Assembly (NCBI GenBank): GCA_963820525.1
Contig: CAWGAA010000002.1
Coordinates: 352,001 to 416,000 of the forward strand
Direction of reading: 5' to 3'
DNA length: 64,000 nucleotides
DNA from: an uncultured Spirochaetota bacterium
GTDB lineage: Bacteria; Spirochaetota; Spirochaetia; SZUA-6; Fen-1364
The notes beneath the pieces were generated by a model, which saw nothing but the letters and a program-made list of their open reading frames with translations, ran no database searches and was not told where the DNA came from. Shown here one piece after another: positions 60,182 through 64,000 of the stretch. Position 1 is the stretch's first letter. Each line of letters starts with the position of its first letter. The translations under genes were made by a program, and so were the position numbers.

Positions 60182-61526
60182 AGCCCGGCTTCCCCGGGTG
60201 GCCATCCTGGGCAGACCCAACGTCGGGAAATCGACGCTCTTCAATGCCCTGATCGGGCGGCGCCGCGCGATCACGCACTCCTCGCCGGGCGTCACCCGCG
60301 ATCCGATCGAGGTCGAATGCGCATTCGATGGGCGGAGAATCCTCCTTGTGGACACGGGCGGGTACAAGGTGGAGCGCAATGAGCTGGACGAGCAGGTCGC
60401 ATCGAGAAGCCTCGCCTCCGCGCGGGAGGCGGACCTCGTCCTTCTCGTTCTGGAGGCGGGCCTGACGAACGCCGAGGACGAGAGCTTCATCGAGCGGCTG
60501 CGTCCCCTCGCGGACAGGCTCATCCTCGTGGTGAACAAGGTCGACACTCCGGAGCGCGAGGCCCTGGTGTGGAACTTCCATGCCTACGGGTTTCCCACGG
60601 TCATCGGGGTTTCGGCGGCGCACAACAGGAACCTCGACGAGCTGAAGCGCCGCGTGGCATCGATGCTGGGGCCCGAGGCTGCCGGCGGGAATGAAGCTCG
60701 CCCGGGCGCCCTGGTCCCCGACGAAGGGATCGTGCGGGTCGCGATCCTGGGAAAGCCCAATGCGGGCAAATCGAGCCTCGCCAACGCGCTGTTGGGCGAG
60801 GAAAAGTCGATCGTATCCCCCATACCGGGAACCACGCGCGACGTGGTTGAGGGACGTTTCACCTACAGGAGGACGCTCTTCCGTATCCTGGACACGGCGG
60901 GCATCAGGCGGAGAACCCGCGTGCGGGAATCGGTGGAGTACTACTCCGTTTCCCGCGCGGTGGAGAGCGTGCGGCAGGCCGACATCGTATTCCTCCTCAT
61001 CGATTCCGCCGAGGGGCTTGCAGACCAGGACAAGAAGATCGCCTCCTACGCCATCGAAAAGGGCAGGGGGATAGTCCTCGTGCTCAGCAAGTGGGACCTG
61101 CAGGCGTCGGGCAGGAGCCGCGAGCGGGAAGCGCGCGAACGGGTGCGTTTCCTTTTCCCCGTTCTCGGCTTCGCACCGCTGGTCGCGGTCTCCGCCGTGA
61201 AGGGGACCGGCGTGAAGAAGCTTCTGGACACCGCGCTGGAAATCAAACGCCAGCTCGACCTGCGGGTGGGCACGGGAAGGCTCAACCAGGCTCTCGGCGA
61301 GTGGACTGCCCACTATCCGCTTCCCGTTCGGGGAAAGAACTTCAAGATCCGTTTCGCTACCCAGATTTCGGTGAACCCCGTGCGGTTCGTGGTCTTCGTC
61401 AACAGGCTGGCCGGATTCCCCGTCTCCTATTCGCAGTACCTGGAAAACTGCATCCGCCGGGACCTCGGATTCAGCCAGGTCCCCGTGGACATCGAGCTGC
61501 GCCAGAGCAAGAAACCCAAGAGATGA
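60162..61526 (+). CDS. der: Ribosome biogenesis GTPase Der (EngA)
   Basis: Two G domains (GRPNVGKS, GVTRD, DTGG, NKVD; GKPNAGKS, GTTRD, DTAG, SKWD) plus KH-like C-terminus; probable TTG start at 60162. Confidence 0.96.
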   Translation: MTSSPREARLPRVAILGRPNVGKSTLFNALIGRRRAITHSSPGVTRDPIEVECAFDGRRILLVDTGGYKVERNELDEQVASRSLASAREADLVLLVLEAGLTNAEDESFIERLRPLADRLILVVNKVDTPEREALVWNFHAYGFPTVIGVSAAHNRNLDELKRRVASMLGPEAAGGNEARPGALVPDEGIVRVAILGKPNAGKSSLANALLGEEKSIVSPIPGTTRDVVEGRFTYRRTLFRILDTAGIRRRTRVRESVEYYSVSRAVESVRQADIVFLLIDSAEGLADQDKKIASYAIEKGRGIVLVLSKWDLQASGRSREREARERVRFLFPVLGFAPLVAVSAVKGTGVKKLLDTALEIKRQLDLRVGTGRLNQALGEWTAHYPLPVRGKNFKIRFATQISVNPVRFVVFVNRLAGFPVSYSQYLENCIRRDLGFSQVPVDIELRQSKKPKR

Positions 61527-63223
61527 AACGGTACAGCATCGGGGAAGTGGCGAAGCTTCTGGGAGTCAAGCCCTACATCATCCGCTACTGGGAAAGCGAG
61601 CTTCCCCTGCTGGCACCGGGGAAGTCTCACTCCGGGCGGCGCGCCTACTCTTCGCGCGAGGTCCAGCTCCTCATGCGGTTCAAGCACTTTCTTTATGGAA
61701 GGAAGTTCACGGTGGAGGGGGCCAAGCGGAGGATGTGGGAAGAGTTGGGAGGAGTGGCCCCGGATACCGCGGCGAAGATCTCGGAGATCCGGGGGGAGCT
61801 TATCGATGCACTCATGCTGATGCAGGGGAGGAAAGCGGAGGAGATGACGGAACACGACATCAGGGAAAGGTTCACCGTTCTCGGGCAAGGGCACCTTTTC
61901 GATCACTGGGGCGAGAGGCCGCAGGAGATGCAGCGGCGGCTCCTGGACGACCTGGAATCTCTCGACCTCTCGGTGCTCCAGGCCCTCAGACAAAAGCTTG
62001 AAAGCGATCCGGAGCCGCGCGGCCGCATCGGCCCCGTGGGATACGTGAAAAAGGAGGAGGCCCGCTCCGACGCCGAGGCCAGGCTCCAGGGAGAGAGGAT
62101 CATCCGGGAGGGAAAAACCGCCCTGCTCACCGTTGCGGGAGGACAGGGATCGCGGCTCGGATTCGAGGGCCCCAAGGGGATGTTCCCCATCTCTCCCATC
62201 CGCAAGCTCACCCTCTTCGAGATCTTCGCCGAAAAGCTCCTGGCCGCCCGCCGCCGCTTCGGCTGCGCGATGCCCTGGCTGATCATGACGAGCCCCCAGA
62301 ATCACGCCGCCACCCGGGAGTACTTCGAAACCCGGGGATACTTCGGCCTTGGCGGCTCCACCGTCTCATTCTTCACCCAGGGGGTTCTGCCTTCCCTGAC
62401 GCCCGAAGGGAAGCTCCTCATGGCCGCAGACGGCGGCCTGTTCTTCAACCCCAATGGGCATGGCGGGGTCGTCTCGGGGCTTCGCGCATCCGGCCTGCTG
62501 GAGGAGATGCGGAAGCAGGGCGTGGAAGAGCTGTTCACCTTCCAGGTGGACAATCCCCTGGTCACGGTGCCCGATCCCGTCTTCCTGGGATTTCACAAAC
62601 GGTTACGGTCGCAGATATCGTCGAAAGTCATCGAGAAGGTCTTCCCCGAGGAGCGGCTGGGCACAATCGGAACCATCGATGGAAAGCCCGCCGTCATCGA
62701 GTACTCGGATCTGAGCCCCGAGATCATGAGCGCGCGGGACTCTGCCGGGAAGCTTCAGTATCCGCAGGGATCCATCGCCATCCATATCCTCGCGTTGAGC
62801 TACCTTGAGAGCGCCCGCCTCTCTATGCCCTACCACCTGGCCAGGAAGAAGGTGAAGGCTCTCATCCCCACGGCCGGCGGGGCCGAAATTCAGGAGAGGG
62901 AGGCTATCAAGTTCGAGATGTTCATTTTTGACGCGATTCCCATGGCCGAGCGTGCCCTGTTTCTCGAAACGGATCGAGGGGAGGAGTTCGCCCCGCTGAA
63001 AAACAGGGAAGGCGTCGATTCCCTAGAGACATGCATCCGGGGCCAGATCGAGAAGTCCGCGCGCTGGCTGGAGGGATGCGGCGTCGGCGTGCCCCGGGAC
63101 GAGCGCGGCCTGTCCCGTCACGCAATCGAGATAAGCCCCCTGTTCGCGCTGGACAGGGAAGAGCTCGCCGACAAGCGGGCCTCCCTTGCCCAGAGGATTA
63201 CCGGTGATACGCTCCTTGCGTAG
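61523..63223 (+). CDS. Fusion of a MerR-type HTH domain and a UDPGP-family (UAP1-like) UDP-N-acetylhexosamine pyrophosphorylase
   Basis: YSIGEVAKLLGVKPYIIRYWE...GRRAYS in frame with AGGQGSRLGFEGPKG, PNGHGG, QVDNPL, IEYSDL, KFEMFIFD, EFAPLKN; ATG overlaps the der stop. Confidence 0.88.
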   Translation: MKRYSIGEVAKLLGVKPYIIRYWESELPLLAPGKSHSGRRAYSSREVQLLMRFKHFLYGRKFTVEGAKRRMWEELGGVAPDTAAKISEIRGELIDALMLMQGRKAEEMTEHDIRERFTVLGQGHLFDHWGERPQEMQRRLLDDLESLDLSVLQALRQKLESDPEPRGRIGPVGYVKKEEARSDAEARLQGERIIREGKTALLTVAGGQGSRLGFEGPKGMFPISPIRKLTLFEIFAEKLLAARRRFGCAMPWLIMTSPQNHAATREYFETRGYFGLGGSTVSFFTQGVLPSLTPEGKLLMAADGGLFFNPNGHGGVVSGLRASGLLEEMRKQGVEELFTFQVDNPLVTVPDPVFLGFHKRLRSQISSKVIEKVFPEERLGTIGTIDGKPAVIEYSDLSPEIMSARDSAGKLQYPQGSIAIHILALSYLESARLSMPYHLARKKVKALIPTAGGAEIQEREAIKFEMFIFDAIPMAERALFLETDRGEEFAPLKNREGVDSLETCIRGQIEKSARWLEGCGVGVPRDERGLSRHAIEISPLFALDREELADKRASLAQRITGDTLLA

Positions 63224-64000
63224 TGCCCTCTTCGCTCTCGCCGCTTTGCTCGCCTCGCTCCCTCTCCTGCATGCTTCCCCATCGGCCCTGCCTGAAAACT
63301 TCGAGGCCCGTCTCATGATGAGGGAGACGATCTTCGCTCCCGTGGGCGAAGCCGCCTCAGCGAGGGCGAGAATGCTCCGCCAGCCCGAGAGCAGGGGCAA
63401 GGTCTATTTCAAGACCGAGGTCCAGAGCGGAAGCGTCTATCTCATCTTTTCCCGCCCAGATTCCCGCGACCCCTCGGTGGATTCCGCCGGAAACTACATC
63501 ATCAAGCGCAGCCTGAAGGACGGGAGCTTTCTCCAGGCGAAGATCTTCGTGCAGGACGATCCCGGCTGTTTCGCGCGGTTGTTCCCCATGGACGGAAGAA
63601 CCGGGATGGACATCTTCATCTCCGGCGAGCCGTTCCAGAAAGGAATCGTCATTGCCCAGCCCTTCGACCGGCTCCTCACGGCCCCGTTCTCCACGATCAT
63701 CGAACTCACGTCGGGGGTCGTGGACTGGTCTCTCGTTCTGCCCGCGGAGCGCACGGCGGCGGACATGCGGGTCGAGCGGATCGTCGGGCAGCTCAGGCCG
63801 CGGCTAAAGATGCTCGCCGACGTAGAGGACGGCGCCATGGACGGGAGCGGAAGGTTCATCTACATCAGGGACGGAAGACCGCAGGCGGGCCGGGGCGGGT
63901 TCAACTGTTCGGGATTCGCAAAGTTCGTCGTTGACGGCTTCTACAGGCCCCTGGCGGGCAGGCTCATGGATATCCAGGACATCAAGGAGCGCGACCTCGA
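63204..64000 (+). CDS. Secreted hypothetical protein with NlpC/P60-like GFNCSGF motif, runs off the right edge
   Basis: Not in the ORF track; GTG 63204 after GAGGA, signal-peptide-like MIRSLRSALFALAALLASLPLLHA, open to the window end. Confidence 0.8.
   Translation, partial: MIRSLRSALFALAALLASLPLLHASPSALPENFEARLMMRETIFAPVGEAASARARMLRQPESRGKVYFKTEVQSGSVYLIFSRPDSRDPSVDSAGNYIIKRSLKDGSFLQAKIFVQDDPGCFARLFPMDGRTGMDIFISGEPFQKGIVIAQPFDRLLTAPFSTIIELTSGVVDWSLVLPAERTAADMRVERIVGQLRPRLKMLADVEDGAMDGSGRFIYIRDGRPQAGRGGFNCSGFAKFVVDGFYRPLAGRLMDIQDIKERDL

Noticed and set aside
61091..61522. N-terminal 144 aa of the 710-aa ORF
   Set aside because: Out-of-frame overlap with der; the ATG at 61523 overlapping the der stop begins the MerR domain.

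Overview
GC-rich bacterial chromosome segment, most likely Spirochaetota (RpoB carries the spirochete Asn at E. coli position 531; secY-rpmJ adjacency; spirochete-like EF-Tu and rny-ymdB-tlyA context). 1-2340: a LacI-controlled sugar ABC locus with a collapsed ATPase remnant and three visible LacI operators. 2375-16100: an accessory defence island with a solo nucleotidyltransferase, an unknown 583-aa protein and a tightly coupled operon. That operon is a restriction-like core (SNF2 helicase-DUF3883 nuclease, DUF1156 adenine methyltransferase, DUF499 ATPase) with an ABC-ATPase/TOPRIM (DUF4276-like, PARIS-like) pair and an MNT-HEPN pair nested inside it. This nested architecture is the best candidate for an undescribed system. 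16142-20005: a PadR-regulated MacB/FtsX-type ABC exporter. 20250-51027: one uninterrupted tRNA-Thr/rpmG/tRNA-Trp/secE/nusG/rplKAJL/rpoBC/str/S10/spc/alpha cluster. Several of its ribosomal proteins have long low-complexity extensions, and rplN has a 1-nt frameshift. 51168-64000: an acidic-repeat membrane protein, rny, ymdB, tlyA, a GerMN protein, ptsI, der, a MerR-UDP-sugar pyrophosphorylase fusion and a truncated secreted protein with an NlpC/P60-like motif. Family assignments come from motif recognition by eye; no database search was run.
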